Positions 29,181-41,005 are shown, counted from the stretch's first letter. The stretch: 64,000 nt of DNA from an uncultured Alcanivoracaceae bacterium (GCA_964352735.1 CAYGTC010000007.1:22379-86378), one strand, 5' to 3'. Made by a program: numbers and translations. The notes: generated by a model from the letters alone, not told the origin.

Positions 29181-30338
29181 ATGAGCGATTACCTTTTTAC
29201 CTCGGAATCCGTATCCGAAGGACACCCAGATAAAATAGCCGATCAGATTTCTGACGCCATATTAGACGCCATATTGACACAAGACAAATCTGCAAGAGTC
29301 GCCTGTGAAACCATGGTAAAAACCGGAACTGCTATCATTGCTGGTGAAATCACCACCAGTGCATGGGTTGACCTAGACAATGTTGTAAGAAAAGTCATTA
29401 CCGAAATTGGCTATGACAACTCTGACGTTGGTTTTGATGGTCAAACCTGTGCTGTTATGTCGTTAATTGGCAAACAATCAATTGATATCAACCAAGGTGT
29501 TGACAGATCAAGTCCTGAAGAACAAGGTGCTGGAGATCAGGGCCTAATGTTTGGCTATGCCTCCAATGAAACTGACGTATTGATGCCAGCACCAATTACT
29601 TACTCTCATCGATTGGTTGAAAAACAATCACAAATCCGTAAAGCAGGCATTCTACCGTGGTTACGCCCTGATGCAAAAAGCCAGCTAACTTTTAGGTATG
29701 TCAACAACAAGCCTGTCGCTATCGATGCAGTGGTATTATCAACACAACATGACGATGATATATCAATGAAGGATTTACAAGAAGCCGTCATGGAAGAAAT
29801 CATCAAACCAGTATTACCAGAACATTGGATAGACAAAAACACCAAATTCCACATCAATCCTACCGGCAAATTTGTCATTGGTGGCCCAGTTGGAGATTGT
29901 GGGTTAACAGGCAGAAAAATCATCGTTGATACCTATGGAGGCATGGCCCGTCATGGTGGTGGTGCATTTTCAGGAAAAGACCCATCAAAAGTCGATCGTT
30001 CTGCAGCATATGCTGGCAGATACGTAGCAAAAAATGTGGTTGCAGCTGGTTTGGCTGACAAATGTGAAGTACAAATTTCATATGCCATTGGCGTCGCACA
30101 ACCAACATCAATCAGCGTTACCACATTTGGCACCAACAAAGTGCCCGAGGCCAACATCGAAAAACTGATCAGACAGCACTTCAATTTGACACCATATGGC
30201 ATTATTACGGAATTGGATTTAATTCGACCAATTTATCAAAAAACTGCTGCATATGGTCACATGGGACGAGAAGATGCAGATTTCACATGGGAAGCCACAG
30301 ACAAAGCCGCACTATTAAAAGACGCTGCAGGACTGTAA
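29181..30338 (+). CDS. metK: S-adenosylmethionine synthetase
   Basis: 385 aa with [25 protein letters not shown] and GGGAFSGKD. Confidence 0.97.
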   Translation: MSDYLFTSESVSEGHPDKIADQISDAILDAILTQDKSARVACETMVKTGTAIIAGEITTSAWVDLDNVVRKVITEIGYDNSDVGFDGQTCAVMSLIGKQSIDINQGVDRSSPEEQGAGDQGLMFGYASNETDVLMPAPITYSHRLVEKQSQIRKAGILPWLRPDAKSQLTFRYVNNKPVAIDAVVLSTQHDDDISMKDLQEAVMEEIIKPVLPEHWIDKNTKFHINPTGKFVIGGPVGDCGLTGRKIIVDTYGGMARHGGGAFSGKDPSKVDRSAAYAGRYVAKNVVAAGLADKCEVQISYAIGVAQPTSISVTTFGTNKVPEANIEKLIRQHFNLTPYGIITELDLIRPIYQKTAAYGHMGREDADFTWEATDKAALLKDAAGL

Positions 30339-30391
30339 GCCTCTTATAACAAACATTTATACATACAAAATTAAACAACAGAGAAACCAAT

Positions 30392-31813
30392 ATGACACAA
30401 ACTAACGTAAAACCAATGTCTCCAGATTATATTATTGCCGACATCGGCCTTGCAGAATGGGGACACAAAGAGTTCCGCATCGCCGAAACAGAGATGCCTG
30501 GATTAATGGCCATCAGAGATGAATACAAAGATTCACAACCTTTAAAAGGTGCTCGTATCGCTGGTTCATTACACATGACTGTTCAAACAGGCATTCTGAT
30601 TGAAACACTTCGCGCTTTAGGTGCAGATGTTCGCTGGGCATCGTGCAACATTTATTCTACTCAAGATCATGCAGCTGCCGCCATTGCAGATCAAGACATC
30701 CCTGTATTTGCTGTAAAAGGTGAAACACTCGATGAATATTGGGAATACACACATAGAATCATGCAATGGTCAGATGGTGGCACTCCCAACATGATCTTAG
30801 ATGATGGTGGCGATGCTACCATGTTATTGATGTTAGGATCAAAAGCTGAGAAAGACCCTTCTGTTCTTGATAACCCATCATCAGAGGAAGAAGTCTGTTT
30901 ATTCAATGCTATCAAGAAAAGATTACCAACCAGTAATGGCTGGTATACAAAAGCATTGGCTGGCATCAAAGGTGTTACAGAAGAAACCACCACAGGTGTG
31001 CACCGTTTATATGAATTAGCCAAAGCTGGTGATTTACCATTTCCTGCCATCAATGTGAACGACTCCGTTACCAAATCAAAATTCGATAACCTTTATGGCT
31101 GTAGAGAATCTTTGGTTGACGGCATTAAGCGTGCAACAGATGTGATGATTGCGGGTAAAGTTGCCGTAGTTTGTGGCTATGGGGATGTTGGTAAAGGTTC
31201 AGCACAATCATTACGTGGCCTTGGCGCTTCTGTATTGGTGACAGAAGTTGATCCAATTTGTGCATTACAAGCCAGCATGGAAGGTTTCCGTGTTGTGACG
31301 CTAGACGATGTTGTTGATCAAGTTGATATCGTTGTAACAGCCACAGGTAATTACAATATTGTTACTTTCGATCATATGAAGAAAATGAAAAACCAAACCA
31401 TTGTTTGTAATATCGGCCACTTTGATAATGAGATTGATGTTGCCAGCCTTGAAAAGCATTGTGAATGGGATGAAATCAAACCACAAGTTGACCATGTCAT
31501 TTTCGAAGACGGTAAAAAAATCATCTTATTAGCCCGTGGTAGATTGATCAACCTAGGTTGTGCAACTGGCCACCCAAGCTTTGTCATGTCAAATTCTTTC
31601 ACCAACCAAGTATTGGCTCAAATCGAACTTTTTGTTGATGGTCAAAAATACAACAATGAAGTATTTGTATTGCCGAAAAAACTTGATGAAAAAGTTGCCA
31701 GATTGCACTTAGATAGAGTTGGAGTGAAATTAACTGAGTTATCTGAAGATCAAGCCGCTTATATTGGTGTCACTACTGATGGCCCATACAAGCCTGATCA
31801 TTATAGATATTAA
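30392..31813 (+). CDS. ahcY: adenosylhomocysteinase
   Basis: 473 aa with [11 protein letters not shown] binding, [10 protein letters not shown] and a C-terminal KPDHYRY. Confidence 0.97.
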   Translation: MTQTNVKPMSPDYIIADIGLAEWGHKEFRIAETEMPGLMAIRDEYKDSQPLKGARIAGSLHMTVQTGILIETLRALGADVRWASCNIYSTQDHAAAAIADQDIPVFAVKGETLDEYWEYTHRIMQWSDGGTPNMILDDGGDATMLLMLGSKAEKDPSVLDNPSSEEEVCLFNAIKKRLPTSNGWYTKALAGIKGVTEETTTGVHRLYELAKAGDLPFPAINVNDSVTKSKFDNLYGCRESLVDGIKRATDVMIAGKVAVVCGYGDVGKGSAQSLRGLGASVLVTEVDPICALQASMEGFRVVTLDDVVDQVDIVVTATGNYNIVTFDHMKKMKNQTIVCNIGHFDNEIDVASLEKHCEWDEIKPQVDHVIFEDGKKIILLARGRLINLGCATGHPSFVMSNSFTNQVLAQIELFVDGQKYNNEVFVLPKKLDEKVARLHLDRVGVKLTELSEDQAAYIGVTTDGPYKPDHYRY

Positions 31814-31833
31814 TTGCTGATTAATCGATTCTA

Positions 31834-31856
31834 AAAAGCCAAGGACAGGCTTTTTC
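31834..31856 (+). terminator. weak rho-independent terminator after ahcY
   Basis: AAAAGCC (31834-31840) pairs with GGCTTTT (31848-31854), followed by TCTG. Confidence 0.4.
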
Positions 31857-31931
31857 TGAACCGACTGATCATTAAATATTTGGGTCAACACCATGGTGTT
31901 GGCCTAAATCTCATCAACCATAAAGAAGAAC

Positions 31932-32768
31932 ATGAAGACGAAAGCCCAATTTAGTTTTGAATTTTTTCCAGCCAGAACAGATGAACAAAAAGTAGTTCTT
32001 AAAAATACCCAAGAGAAGCTGCGCTTACTAGACCCAGACTTTTTTTCAGTCACTTTTGGAGCTGGCGGCTCAACAGTAGATGCCACAACCGAAACCGTAC
32101 TAGAATTAAAAAAGCACAAAAGCCCTTTGGTCATTCCTCATTTATCATGCATGGGTGGCACACCTGACTCCATTAAAGTGTTGTTGCAAAAATACCTCGA
32201 TAATGGCATTCAGCATATCTTAGCTTTAAGAGGGGATGTTCCCTCTGGCATGGGTTCAGTCGGCTACTTTCGATACGCCAACGAATTAATAGAGTTCATC
32301 AAAGAAGAATTCGGCAACGCTTTTCACGTCACCGTTGGTTGTTATCCAGAAATACACCCTGAATCCAATAACAAAGAGAGCGAACTCAAATATTTTAAAC
32401 AAAAAATACAGACTGGTGCTGATCAAGCCATTACACAATTTTTCTTTAATGCAGACGCTTACTTTGCTTATTTAGATGAATGCCAGAAAGCCAATATCGA
32501 CATACCCATCATACCTGGCATTATGCCAATTACCAATTACACAAATATCAATCGCTTTTGTGGTTTCTGTGGCGCCGAGATGCCACGTTGGCTCAAGTAC
32601 AAACTACAAAGTTATGGAGATGATCGTCAATCAATACAAAAATTTGGCACAGAATTCATTACAAATTTATGCGAACAACTATTAAAAGGTGGAGCACCAA
32701 GCTTACACTTTTACACATTAAATAGAGCAAAGGCCACACTTGATATTGTTAAAAACTTAATTGACTAA
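31932..32768 (+). CDS. metF: 5,10-methylenetetrahydrofolate reductase
   Basis: 278 aa with FSFEFFP, FFSVTFGAGGST and ILALRGD motifs. It follows metK-ahcY. Confidence 0.9.
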   Translation: MKTKAQFSFEFFPARTDEQKVVLKNTQEKLRLLDPDFFSVTFGAGGSTVDATTETVLELKKHKSPLVIPHLSCMGGTPDSIKVLLQKYLDNGIQHILALRGDVPSGMGSVGYFRYANELIEFIKEEFGNAFHVTVGCYPEIHPESNNKESELKYFKQKIQTGADQAITQFFFNADAYFAYLDECQKANIDIPIIPGIMPITNYTNINRFCGFCGAEMPRWLKYKLQSYGDDRQSIQKFGTEFITNLCEQLLKGGAPSLHFYTLNRAKATLDIVKNLID

Positions 32769-32899
32769 ATTTTTTTGTAATTATTTTTTTTTAATTCATG
32801 TCTTAGCTAACCTATCATTCATTGATAATTAATTAGATTAGCGTAAATTTTACAACGCTATGAGGTATCGAAATATCTATAGACACATTAAAAAGCACC

Positions 32900-33421
32900 A
32901 TGAATAAAAAAAATTTAACACATCCTTTACTCATTTTATTTATGAGTACGACAGCTCTATCAATTACACAAACACACGATGATTAGCCAATGATTAATCT
33001 AACAGTCGGAAAAATTAGCGTGTTTGATGACAAACCGATGAAAGCGAATAGGCATAGCATAGAATATAGAGGAAAAGAAATAACCAAGAGAAAACTCATC
33101 CCAGCCTTTGGCTATTCATGGAGTATCAATGGTACTAAATACTTATACCACGATTTAAAAAAGGATTGGCCATTTGACAATAACTTGGTATTTACTTTGA
33201 GCTTAGGCACAGGTTTTTTCGATAATAACTCAAACCTTGATCCAGGACATGCCATCGAGTTTAGAACAGGACTAGAGTTAACTTACCGATTCAGACAAGG
33301 TTATCGATTAGGTATAGCTGCTTATCATTGATCTAACAGCAGACTATCAAATTTCAACCCGGGCACTGAATCTGTTGTGTTAAGCTTTTTAACGCCTCTG
33401 AAGAAACTATTTGGGAAATGA
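32900..33421 (+). pseudogene. PagL-family lipid A deacylase (acyloxyacyl hydrolase) pseudogene with two in-frame stops
   Basis: A single reading frame contains MNKKNLTHPLLILFMSTTALSITQTHDD, then TAG (32984-32986). The 113-aa ORF follows, ending ...LGIAAYH, then TGA (33329-33331), then SNSRLSNFNPGTESVVLSFLTPLKKLFGK and a stop (33419-33421). The C-terminus parallels P. aeruginosa PagL ...VRAIHYSNAGLKQPNDGIESYSLFYKIP. Confidence 0.7.
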
Positions 33422-33662
33422 ACTTTAAATCATCTCATTCACAGGTCTACAAAACAAGTTATTTAGATGATTAAATTGTAGAACAACCACAATTACCCTG
33501 CATTTCCCTTCAATTAACAACAACTATGCCATTTCACTCCCACTTTATGACACCAAATGACAAAAAAACAAGATTTTGTTATTTTTCATAAAGTTACATT
33601 AAATAATTAAAGCTAAATATCAATCAAATATTTGATTTCATTGAATTTTTTACTTGTAGCAG

Positions 33663-33724
33663 TTGACACTAAGCCCCTTAAAAGATAAAGTGCATTTATG
33701 TGGGAAAAAGTGTCAATTTGTGGA
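33663..33724 (+). promoter_or_regulatory. dcw (Pmra-like) promoter with a four-repeat MraZ-box operator
   Basis: -35 TTGACA (33663-33668), a 17-bp spacer, then -10 TAAAGT (33686-33691). GTG-led pentamers follow at exactly 10-bp phasing: GTGCA 33690, GTGGG 33700, GTGTC 33710, GTGGA 33720. Confidence 0.65.
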
Positions 33725-33732
33725 AAAAAACA

Positions 33733-34182
33733 ATGTTTTATGGCGAAACAGCACTAAATTTAGATGCGAAAGGTCGCTTAGCCATTCCGGTTAAGTATCG
33801 CGACTTAATTGCTGACGCCTGCGAAAACAAATTAGTTTTGACATATAACCCTTATGAAAATGATTCTTTATGGCTTTATCCACAGCATGAATGGGAAAAA
33901 GTTCGGGATTCAATCAGTGCTTTAAGCACATTCAATCCCTCTCATCGTGCTTTACAAAGAAGATTAATAGGCAGTGCATATCATATAGAAATTGATAAAG
34001 GTTCACGCATATTACTTCCTGTAACATTAAGGCAGGTCACATCTATGGATAAAAAAGTGGTCATGCTTGGATTGGGCAATAAATTTGAAATTTGGAACGA
34101 AGAAGCAATGATCAAAGCCAGGCACATTATACCTGAGCTGAGTGAAGACCCTTCTGAATCCATGAATAACTTAGTACTATAA
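33733..34182 (+). CDS. mraZ: division/cell wall cluster transcriptional regulator MraZ
   Basis: MFYGETALNLDAKGRLAIP aligns with the E. coli MraZ N-terminus. The second SpoVT/AbrB-like half contains IDKGSRILLP. ATG 33733 is preferred over the upstream GTG 33700. Confidence 0.93.
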   Translation: MFYGETALNLDAKGRLAIPVKYRDLIADACENKLVLTYNPYENDSLWLYPQHEWEKVRDSISALSTFNPSHRALQRRLIGSAYHIEIDKGSRILLPVTLRQVTSMDKKVVMLGLGNKFEIWNEEAMIKARHIIPELSEDPSESMNNLVL

Positions 34183-34187
34183 AAATA

Positions 34188-35108
34188 ATGAACGGACAAC
34201 ATAAAACAGTACTGTTAGATGCTGCAGTAGAAGCTTTAGCGATTAATAAAAATGGGCACTATGTTGATGCCACATTTGGCCGAGGTGGGCACAGCGAAAA
34301 CATATTGCGTCATCTAGATACACAACAAGGCAAGTTGTTGGTCATAGATAGAGATCCACAAGCCATACAAGTTGCCAATGCTCTGGCTGAAAGAGATAAA
34401 AGAGTGATTGTTGAGCACCAAGCATTCGAGCAGCTTGGCCAAGCCATCTCAAAACACTTTGATGGCAAGGTTGATGGCATATTGTTTGATTTAGGTGTTT
34501 CATCTCCACAAATAGATCAAGCAGACAGAGGGTTCAGCTTTAATCAAGATGGTCCTTTGGACATGAGAATGGACAGCAGCAGTGGTGAAACTGCAGCCCA
34601 ATGGCTGAACACTGCAGACTGGAAAGAGATGTCAAAAGTATTTTGGCGTTATGGTGAAGAAAAAAATGCAACCAAAATTGCCAAAGAAATAGTTATTTAT
34701 AGAGAAAATGTAAAAACATTAGAAAGAACCAGTGAACTGGTCAGAATCGTCGAAAAAATTAATAAAAAAAAGAACAAACACCCCGCTACAAGAACCTTTC
34801 AGGCGATCAGAATTTATTTAAATAGAGAACTTGAACAAATAGAAAATGTATTACCTGTTGCCATTGACAACCTTAAAATTGGAGGTCGTCTGGCAGTGAT
34901 CAGCTTTCATTCACTGGAAGACAGAATTGTCAAAAGGTTTATGAAGAAACAGTCAAGCGCTGGTCGATATGATAAACGCATGCCTATAGCTCCGGCCAAT
35001 GAAGCACGTATTAAAATTATTGGCAAAGCCATCAAGGCAAATCAGCAGGAATTAAATGAGAATCCTCGTGCAAGAAGCGCGATCATGAGAACAGCAGAAA
35101 AAACATGA
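34188..35108 (+). CDS. rsmH: 16S rRNA (cytosine1402-N4)-methyltransferase
   Basis: 306 aa with HKTVLL, DATFGRGGHS, DLGVSSPQ and ISFHSLEDRIVK. Confidence 0.95.
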   Translation: MNGQHKTVLLDAAVEALAINKNGHYVDATFGRGGHSENILRHLDTQQGKLLVIDRDPQAIQVANALAERDKRVIVEHQAFEQLGQAISKHFDGKVDGILFDLGVSSPQIDQADRGFSFNQDGPLDMRMDSSSGETAAQWLNTADWKEMSKVFWRYGEEKNATKIAKEIVIYRENVKTLERTSELVRIVEKINKKKNKHPATRTFQAIRIYLNRELEQIENVLPVAIDNLKIGGRLAVISFHSLEDRIVKRFMKKQSSAGRYDKRMPIAPANEARIKIIGKAIKANQQELNENPRARSAIMRTAEKT

Positions 35109-35377
35109 AAATAAAAAATTTGTTGTTGACGGTTGCACTGGCAACGTTATTGCTTTTTGTGATTATAAATTATATTTATTTACAACATAAAAGCCGAAAT
35201 ACTTTTGTAGAGTTACAAGCACTAATTGAACAGGAACACCACCTGAATACCGAATGGGGGCGACTGCAAATTGAGTACTCAACACTGGTGAACAACAGTC
35301 GCATTGAAACTAAAGCAACCAAACTGCTGGGCATGAAATTGCCAGAAAACGAACAGATTCTTAACATTAAAAGATGA
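35105..35377 (+). CDS. ftsL: cell division protein FtsL
   Basis: 90 aa with a single TM segment plus a coiled coil. It sits between rsmH and ftsI with 4-nt overlaps. Confidence 0.85.
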   Translation: MKIKNLLLTVALATLLLFVIINYIYLQHKSRNTFVELQALIEQEHHLNTEWGRLQIEYSTLVNNSRIETKATKLLGMKLPENEQILNIKR

Positions 35378-37113
35378 TAAAAAAAGCAGATAAAAAAAAT
35401 AGAGTAAAAAACATTAAAGAAATCAATATCAATATGCGCACATCTATTGTTATTGCTTTTTTGATGTTGTGCTTTGTTACGATTGTGGTTCGCGCATTCT
35501 CCATACAAGTCAAAGGCAAAGAGTTTTATTCCAAGCAAGGGGATATGCGACAAATTAGAGCGATTGATTTAGATGTACCCCGAGGCACCATATTTGATAG
35601 AAACAACGAACCACTGGCCATCAGTACACCTATGGTTTCCGTTGGCATTCAACCAGCACAATTGATTGAACACATCGCAAGAATTGAACAATTGGCAGAA
35701 GCATTAGAGCTGGACCCAGAGAAACTAAAAAATTTAATTGTTGATAAAAAACACAAACAATTCATATATATCAAACGCCGTATACCACCTTATATTGCAG
35801 ATTCTGTTCGAGCGCTCAATATCAAAGGCGTCGAATTCCGGAAAGAATTTAAAAGGTTTTATCCAGCAGGCGAAATTGCTTCTCAACTGATTGGTTTTAC
35901 AGATGCAAATGACATAGGTAAAGAAGGCATCGAAAGCACATATGATCAATGGCTATCAGGCACAACAGGCCGTAAGCAAGTCATGCAGGACCGTTTTGGT
36001 CATATCATCAAAGATGTCAAGGAAATCACCACCGCAGAGCCTGGTAAAGATGTCATTCTAAGTATAGATCGTCGCTTACAATATGTCGCATATAAAGCCC
36101 TTAAAACAGCTGTCTATCAACACAAAGCAGAAAAAGGAGCCGCCATTATATTGGACATTGCAACAGGAGAGATTCTTGCTATGGTCTCTCAACCGTCTTA
36201 CAACCCCAACAACATCAATAAAGATTCTATTGGAGGCATGCGCAATAGGGCTTTGCAAGACATATATGAGCCTGGTTCTGTTATTAAACCATTTACCGTT
36301 ATTGCAGGTATGCTCAGCGGTGAGTATGATGAGCAAAGCACCATAGATACTACCCCATTCGAAGTTGATGGCTTCAAATTCAGTGATGCCAGAAACTATG
36401 GTGAAATCAACTTAGAAACACTGTTGAGTAAATCAAGCAACATTGGCGCAGCCAAAATTGCTTTAAGTTTAAGTAAAAATCACTTGTGGGACACATTCAA
36501 GCTTTTTGGTCTAGGAACCAGTACCAACAGCGGCATTATTGGAGAATCATCGGGTTTTTTACCAGATTTCAACAACTGGAGCCGCTCAAGACATGCAAAC
36601 ATATCATTTGGTTACGGCTTACAAGTCACCACCATACAACTGGCTGCAGCCTATGCCGCTATTGCCAATAATGGTCGTTGGCGGGCCCCAACATATATCA
36701 AAGGCAACATCAATGATGATAAAGCCATCATTGATCCTTTAATTGCACTTTCGGTAAGCAAAATGTTACGCAATGTTGTCAGCGAATACAACACTGGCAA
36801 AAGAGCAGCGATTGAAGGTTACAGCGTTGCCGGTAAAACAGGGACTGCAATCATTGCTTCCAAAGGAGGCTACTCTAATAAATATATAGCCAGTTTTGTT
36901 GGCTTTGCCCCTGCCAACAGCCCTCGTTTAGTGGTTGCTGTATCTATCACTGACCCAGTTGGAGAAGACTACGGTGGCGGCGTCGTTGCAGCGCCTGTTT
37001 TTCAACAGATTATGAAAAACAGCTTGCGTATACTTAACATTTCTCCTGAAGAAATTCCAGCTGCTGTTGCGGTGACAGAAGCAGATCAACTTGTTGAGGT
37101 TCATGATGAGTAA
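35374..37113 (+). CDS. ftsI: peptidoglycan D,D-transpeptidase FtsI (PBP3)
   Basis: 579 aa with an N-terminal TM segment, the PBP dimerisation domain, and the transpeptidase motifs SVIKP, SSN and KTGT. Confidence 0.93.
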   Translation: MIKKADKKNRVKNIKEININMRTSIVIAFLMLCFVTIVVRAFSIQVKGKEFYSKQGDMRQIRAIDLDVPRGTIFDRNNEPLAISTPMVSVGIQPAQLIEHIARIEQLAEALELDPEKLKNLIVDKKHKQFIYIKRRIPPYIADSVRALNIKGVEFRKEFKRFYPAGEIASQLIGFTDANDIGKEGIESTYDQWLSGTTGRKQVMQDRFGHIIKDVKEITTAEPGKDVILSIDRRLQYVAYKALKTAVYQHKAEKGAAIILDIATGEILAMVSQPSYNPNNINKDSIGGMRNRALQDIYEPGSVIKPFTVIAGMLSGEYDEQSTIDTTPFEVDGFKFSDARNYGEINLETLLSKSSNIGAAKIALSLSKNHLWDTFKLFGLGTSTNSGIIGESSGFLPDFNNWSRSRHANISFGYGLQVTTIQLAAAYAAIANNGRWRAPTYIKGNINDDKAIIDPLIALSVSKMLRNVVSEYNTGKRAAIEGYSVAGKTGTAIIASKGGYSNKYIASFVGFAPANSPRLVVAVSITDPVGEDYGGGVVAAPVFQQIMKNSLRILNISPEEIPAAVAVTEADQLVEVHDE

Positions 37114-38587
37114 ATCATTGAATACAATTCTTGAGTATCTCAGCATAAAACCCCTGGATCATGAAGTATTGATCAGTGATTTGAGCATTGACAGCCGTGA
37201 TAACCAAACAGGCGGACTGTTTATTGCACTGGCAGGGGAACAACACCATGGCATAAATTTTGCACACCAAGCTCAGGACAATGGCGCTCACGCGATTTTG
37301 AGCGAACCATATGGAATGGAATATCAAGAACAAGTAACATCTCTGAAGATACCTGTGATTGTGGTTAAACAACTGAACAAAAAAGCCGCTGACATTGCCA
37401 TGCAGTTTTATGATCATCCATCACAACAATTAACGGTAATTGGCATCACAGGCACCAATGGAAAAACTTCTAGCGCCTGGCTTTTATTACAAGCTTGGCA
37501 ACATTTGGGCATAAAAGGGGCCTATATTGGCACACTGGGTTACGGAACACTCAACACACTCAAAAAACTTGATAATACAACGCCTCCTGCTTTAGTCGTA
37601 CAAAAAATTCTTGCTCAATTTGTATGTTCTGGTATCACACATGTGGCGATGGAAGTTTCATCTCATGGTATTGCACTGAAGCGCATTAAGGGGCTCAAAT
37701 TAACAGGGGCTGCACTCACAAACATCAGCAGAGACCATTTGGATTTTCATCACACCATGGAAGCCTATGCCAATACCAAGAAAAAGCTCTTCACTGATGA
37801 AAATCTTAACTATTCAGTCATCAACCGTAATGATGCATATGGTAGATCGTGGATCGATCAATTAAAAGCCAATGTTTCCAGTTTTGCCATTGATGATGCG
37901 CATGCTGAACTCAATGTGACACAGATAAAATTATCATTAAAAGGCACTGAATTCACTGCAAATCATAAAGGCGAAACATACCAACTCTTCAGCCCATTAT
38001 TGGCACGATTTAATGTTGAAAATGTATTATTGGTCATCTCACTCCTGTTACAAGAAAAGCACGAGTGGAAAGATATCATTACAGCTATAGAAAACCTTAC
38101 ACCCGTTCCAGGGCGCATGAATACGCTGGATAAACATGATCATGCACCCCTAGTGATTGTAGATTATGCACATACACCAGATGCATTAGAACAAGTATTG
38201 ATCACCATCAATCAGCACCAACCAAAAAATATATGGTGTATTTTTGGCTGCGGAGGAGACAGGGATCCAGGGAAAAGACCATTGATGGGCAAAGTAGCTG
38301 AAAAACTCGCTTATCATTGCATCATTACTGATGACAACCCACGCACAGAAGACAGCAATAAAATCATCACAGACATTCTAAAAGGAATGAATGGCGATCA
38401 AATCACTGTCATGAACGATCGCAAAAGTGCGATCAGTTTCGCAATTGATCAAGCTGACGAAGATGATGTCGTACTCATTGCCGGAAAAGGTCATGAAAAC
38501 ACCCAACAAATAGGCATGCAATTTCACCCTTTTGATGACAGATTAATTGCTTCAAAAATATTAAGCCAAGCAGGGTCACGCATATGA
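37103..38587 (+). CDS. murE: UDP-N-acetylmuramoyl-L-alanyl-D-glutamate--2,6-diaminopimelate ligase
   Basis: Mur ligase P-loop GITGTNGKTS and a DNPR motif (DDNPRTED). The start is ATG 37103 or 37106, overlapping the ftsI end. Confidence 0.93.
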   Translation: MMSKSLNTILEYLSIKPLDHEVLISDLSIDSRDNQTGGLFIALAGEQHHGINFAHQAQDNGAHAILSEPYGMEYQEQVTSLKIPVIVVKQLNKKAADIAMQFYDHPSQQLTVIGITGTNGKTSSAWLLLQAWQHLGIKGAYIGTLGYGTLNTLKKLDNTTPPALVVQKILAQFVCSGITHVAMEVSSHGIALKRIKGLKLTGAALTNISRDHLDFHHTMEAYANTKKKLFTDENLNYSVINRNDAYGRSWIDQLKANVSSFAIDDAHAELNVTQIKLSLKGTEFTANHKGETYQLFSPLLARFNVENVLLVISLLLQEKHEWKDIITAIENLTPVPGRMNTLDKHDHAPLVIVDYAHTPDALEQVLITINQHQPKNIWCIFGCGGDRDPGKRPLMGKVAEKLAYHCIITDDNPRTEDSNKIITDILKGMNGDQITVMNDRKSAISFAIDQADEDDVVLIAGKGHENTQQIGMQFHPFDDRLIASKILSQAGSRI

Positions 38588-39924
38588 TCAACATGACTCT
38601 TTCACAAGCAGCAAAAATTGCCAATGTTTCATTACTGGGCAACGACCTATCATTTACGGGCATCAGCATCGATTCAAGAGCAGATTGTACCGGCACCCTT
38701 TTTGTTGCCATCAAAGGTAAAAACTTTAATGCCGAAGATTTTTGTCAACAAGCATTAGATAATGGTGCCAATGCAGTATTAGTGAGTCAAGATATTGGTC
38801 TATCAGCTCCACAGTTAATTAGTAAAGACGTCATATCAAGCTTGACTTCAATGGGCCAATACTGGGCAAAACATTGTCCTGCCAAAATTATTGCGATCAC
38901 AGGTTCAAATGGCAAAACCACAGTGAAAAACATGCTGAAATCGATTTTCACAATAGCACACAAATGTTGTGCAACAGTTGGCAATTTCAACAATGAATTG
39001 GGTGTACCTTTGACATTATGTAATATCGGTATTGACGACGATTATGCTGTGATAGAAATGGGCGCGGCAAAACTAGGAGATATCAGCCATCTTATTGCTT
39101 TGGTGGAAGCCACGACTACCATTTTAACCAACGCATCTCCCGCCCACATTGGAAGATTTGGATCATTTGAAAATATCGTTAAAGAAAAAGGCCAAATTTG
39201 CGCTCAATTAAACGAAAATCAACACAGTATATTACCCATTGATGACGACAATTATGATTATTGGTTTAAACATACCAACGCATCTGTCAGCAGCTTTGGT
39301 TACAACGAAAATGCCGATGTTAGAGCCATCATTAAGGAAAAAAGTTTTGACATTATCAGCAATACATCCACAATAAAAGACATTCACCTACCTGTTGCAG
39401 GGACACACAACAAAATCAATGCCGCTTGTGCATGTGCAGCAGCATTAACGTTCGGAATAGCACCTTCACAAATAAAACAAGGTCTTGAGCAATTTACTCC
39501 TGAAAAAGGCCGTTTACAAAACATGGGCATTGTCAATGGTAATGAATTGATTGACGACAGTTACAATGCCAATTCAGCTTCCGTAAAAGCTGCCATTGAT
39601 GTTTTAGCACAATACAAAAGTACCACCACACTTGTTTTTGGAGACATGGCCGAACTTGGAGAAGAGTCAGATACGCTTCATCAAATGGTTGGAAAATATT
39701 GCAAAGACAAAAACATTTCACATTTATTGACCATAGGCAAAAAATCATTACAAGCCAGTTTAACATTCTCAAATGAAGTCAAAAACTTCAATGATATTGA
39801 ATCATTAAAAACCCATTTACTACACAACTGGGAGCAATATGGCACGATTTTAGTCAAGGGCTCAAGAAGCATGCATCTTGAAGACTTAATCACTGCCTTA
39901 ATTAACGTGGAGAAAACGGCATGA
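38584..39924 (+). CDS. murF: UDP-N-acetylmuramoyl-tripeptide--D-alanyl-D-alanine ligase
   Basis: 446 aa with P-loop ITGSNGKTT, in the dcw position after murE. Confidence 0.93.
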   Translation: MINMTLSQAAKIANVSLLGNDLSFTGISIDSRADCTGTLFVAIKGKNFNAEDFCQQALDNGANAVLVSQDIGLSAPQLISKDVISSLTSMGQYWAKHCPAKIIAITGSNGKTTVKNMLKSIFTIAHKCCATVGNFNNELGVPLTLCNIGIDDDYAVIEMGAAKLGDISHLIALVEATTTILTNASPAHIGRFGSFENIVKEKGQICAQLNENQHSILPIDDDNYDYWFKHTNASVSSFGYNENADVRAIIKEKSFDIISNTSTIKDIHLPVAGTHNKINAACACAAALTFGIAPSQIKQGLEQFTPEKGRLQNMGIVNGNELIDDSYNANSASVKAAIDVLAQYKSTTTLVFGDMAELGEESDTLHQMVGKYCKDKNISHLLTIGKKSLQASLTFSNEVKNFNDIESLKTHLLHNWEQYGTILVKGSRSMHLEDLITALINVEKTA

Positions 39925-41003
39925 TACTTTGGTTAGCACAATATTTTCAAGAACAACATACTTGGTTGAATCTGTTTTCATACCAAACATTCAGAGCCAT
40001 AATGGCAGCACTAACCGCGCTGATCATTTCATTAGTCTCTGGCCCAATGTTCATCAGAAAACTGCAAGAAAAACAGATTGGTCAACAAGTAAGGAAACTT
40101 GGCCCAGAATCACATTTATCCAAGCAAGGCACACCAACCATGGGTGGCGCATTGATAATAATATCCATCATTGCATCGTGCTTGCTGTGGGGAGACCTCA
40201 GTGTCAATTATATTTGGGTATGTATGTACGTACTGTTTGGTTTTGGATTAATTGGCTGGCTTGATGACTATCGCAAATTAATATTAAAAGATTCAGCAGG
40301 TCTTTCTGCACGTTGGAAATATGCTTTACAATCTCTTTTTGGCATGAGCGCCGTACTTTATTTGTATTTCTATGGAGATACAAGCCTTACCACCCAGATG
40401 GTCATACCATTTATCAAAGATTTAAACTGGTCTTTGGGACTTTTGGTTATTCCATTGGGATACTTTGTAATGGTTGGCTCTTCAAATGCAGTCAACCTAA
40501 CCGATGGCCTTGATGGCCTGGTCATTATGCCCGTAATACTCGTGGCCGCAGCCCTAGGCGTTATTGCTTATTTATCCGGCCACGCAGTATTTTCTCATTA
40601 TTTATACATACCATTCATACCAAATGCTGGAGAGATGGCCATATATTGCGCTGCAATAATTGGCTCCGGATTGGGTTTTTTATGGTTTAACACATATCCA
40701 GCAGAAATGTTCATGGGAGATGTAGGCGCATTATCATTGGGCGCAGCATTAGGTATAGTTGCCATCATCACACGACAAGAATTGGTGTTTTTTGTCATGA
40801 GTGGTGTTTTTGTCATGGAAACTGTATCAGTAATATTACAAGTTGGCTCTTATAAATTACGCAAAAAAAGAATTTTCAAAATGGCTCCTATCCATCATCA
40901 TTTTGAATTAAAAGGCTGGCCTGAGCCCAAAGTTGTTATTCGATTTTGGATCATGGCCCTGATTATGGTTCTGATTGGTTTAGCCACTCTTAAAATTAGA
41001 TAA
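39921..41003 (+). CDS. mraY: phospho-N-acetylmuramoyl-pentapeptide-transferase
   Basis: 360 aa, polytopic membrane protein with [19 protein letters not shown] and PIHHHFE. Confidence 0.96.
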   Translation: MILWLAQYFQEQHTWLNLFSYQTFRAIMAALTALIISLVSGPMFIRKLQEKQIGQQVRKLGPESHLSKQGTPTMGGALIIISIIASCLLWGDLSVNYIWVCMYVLFGFGLIGWLDDYRKLILKDSAGLSARWKYALQSLFGMSAVLYLYFYGDTSLTTQMVIPFIKDLNWSLGLLVIPLGYFVMVGSSNAVNLTDGLDGLVIMPVILVAAALGVIAYLSGHAVFSHYLYIPFIPNAGEMAIYCAAIIGSGLGFLWFNTYPAEMFMGDVGALSLGAALGIVAIITRQELVFFVMSGVFVMETVSVILQVGSYKLRKKRIFKMAPIHHHFELKGWPEPKVVIRFWIMALIMVLIGLATLKIR

Positions 41004-41005
41004 AG

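Noticed and set aside
33329-33331. TGA in the PagL-like gene read as Trp, Sec or programmed readthrough
   Set aside because: TGA is used as a genuine stop by neighbouring genes (for example clpS, ftsE and ftsL). A second in-frame stop (TAG, 32984-32986) is also present. No SECIS-like hairpin was noticed. A pseudogene is the simpler explanation.
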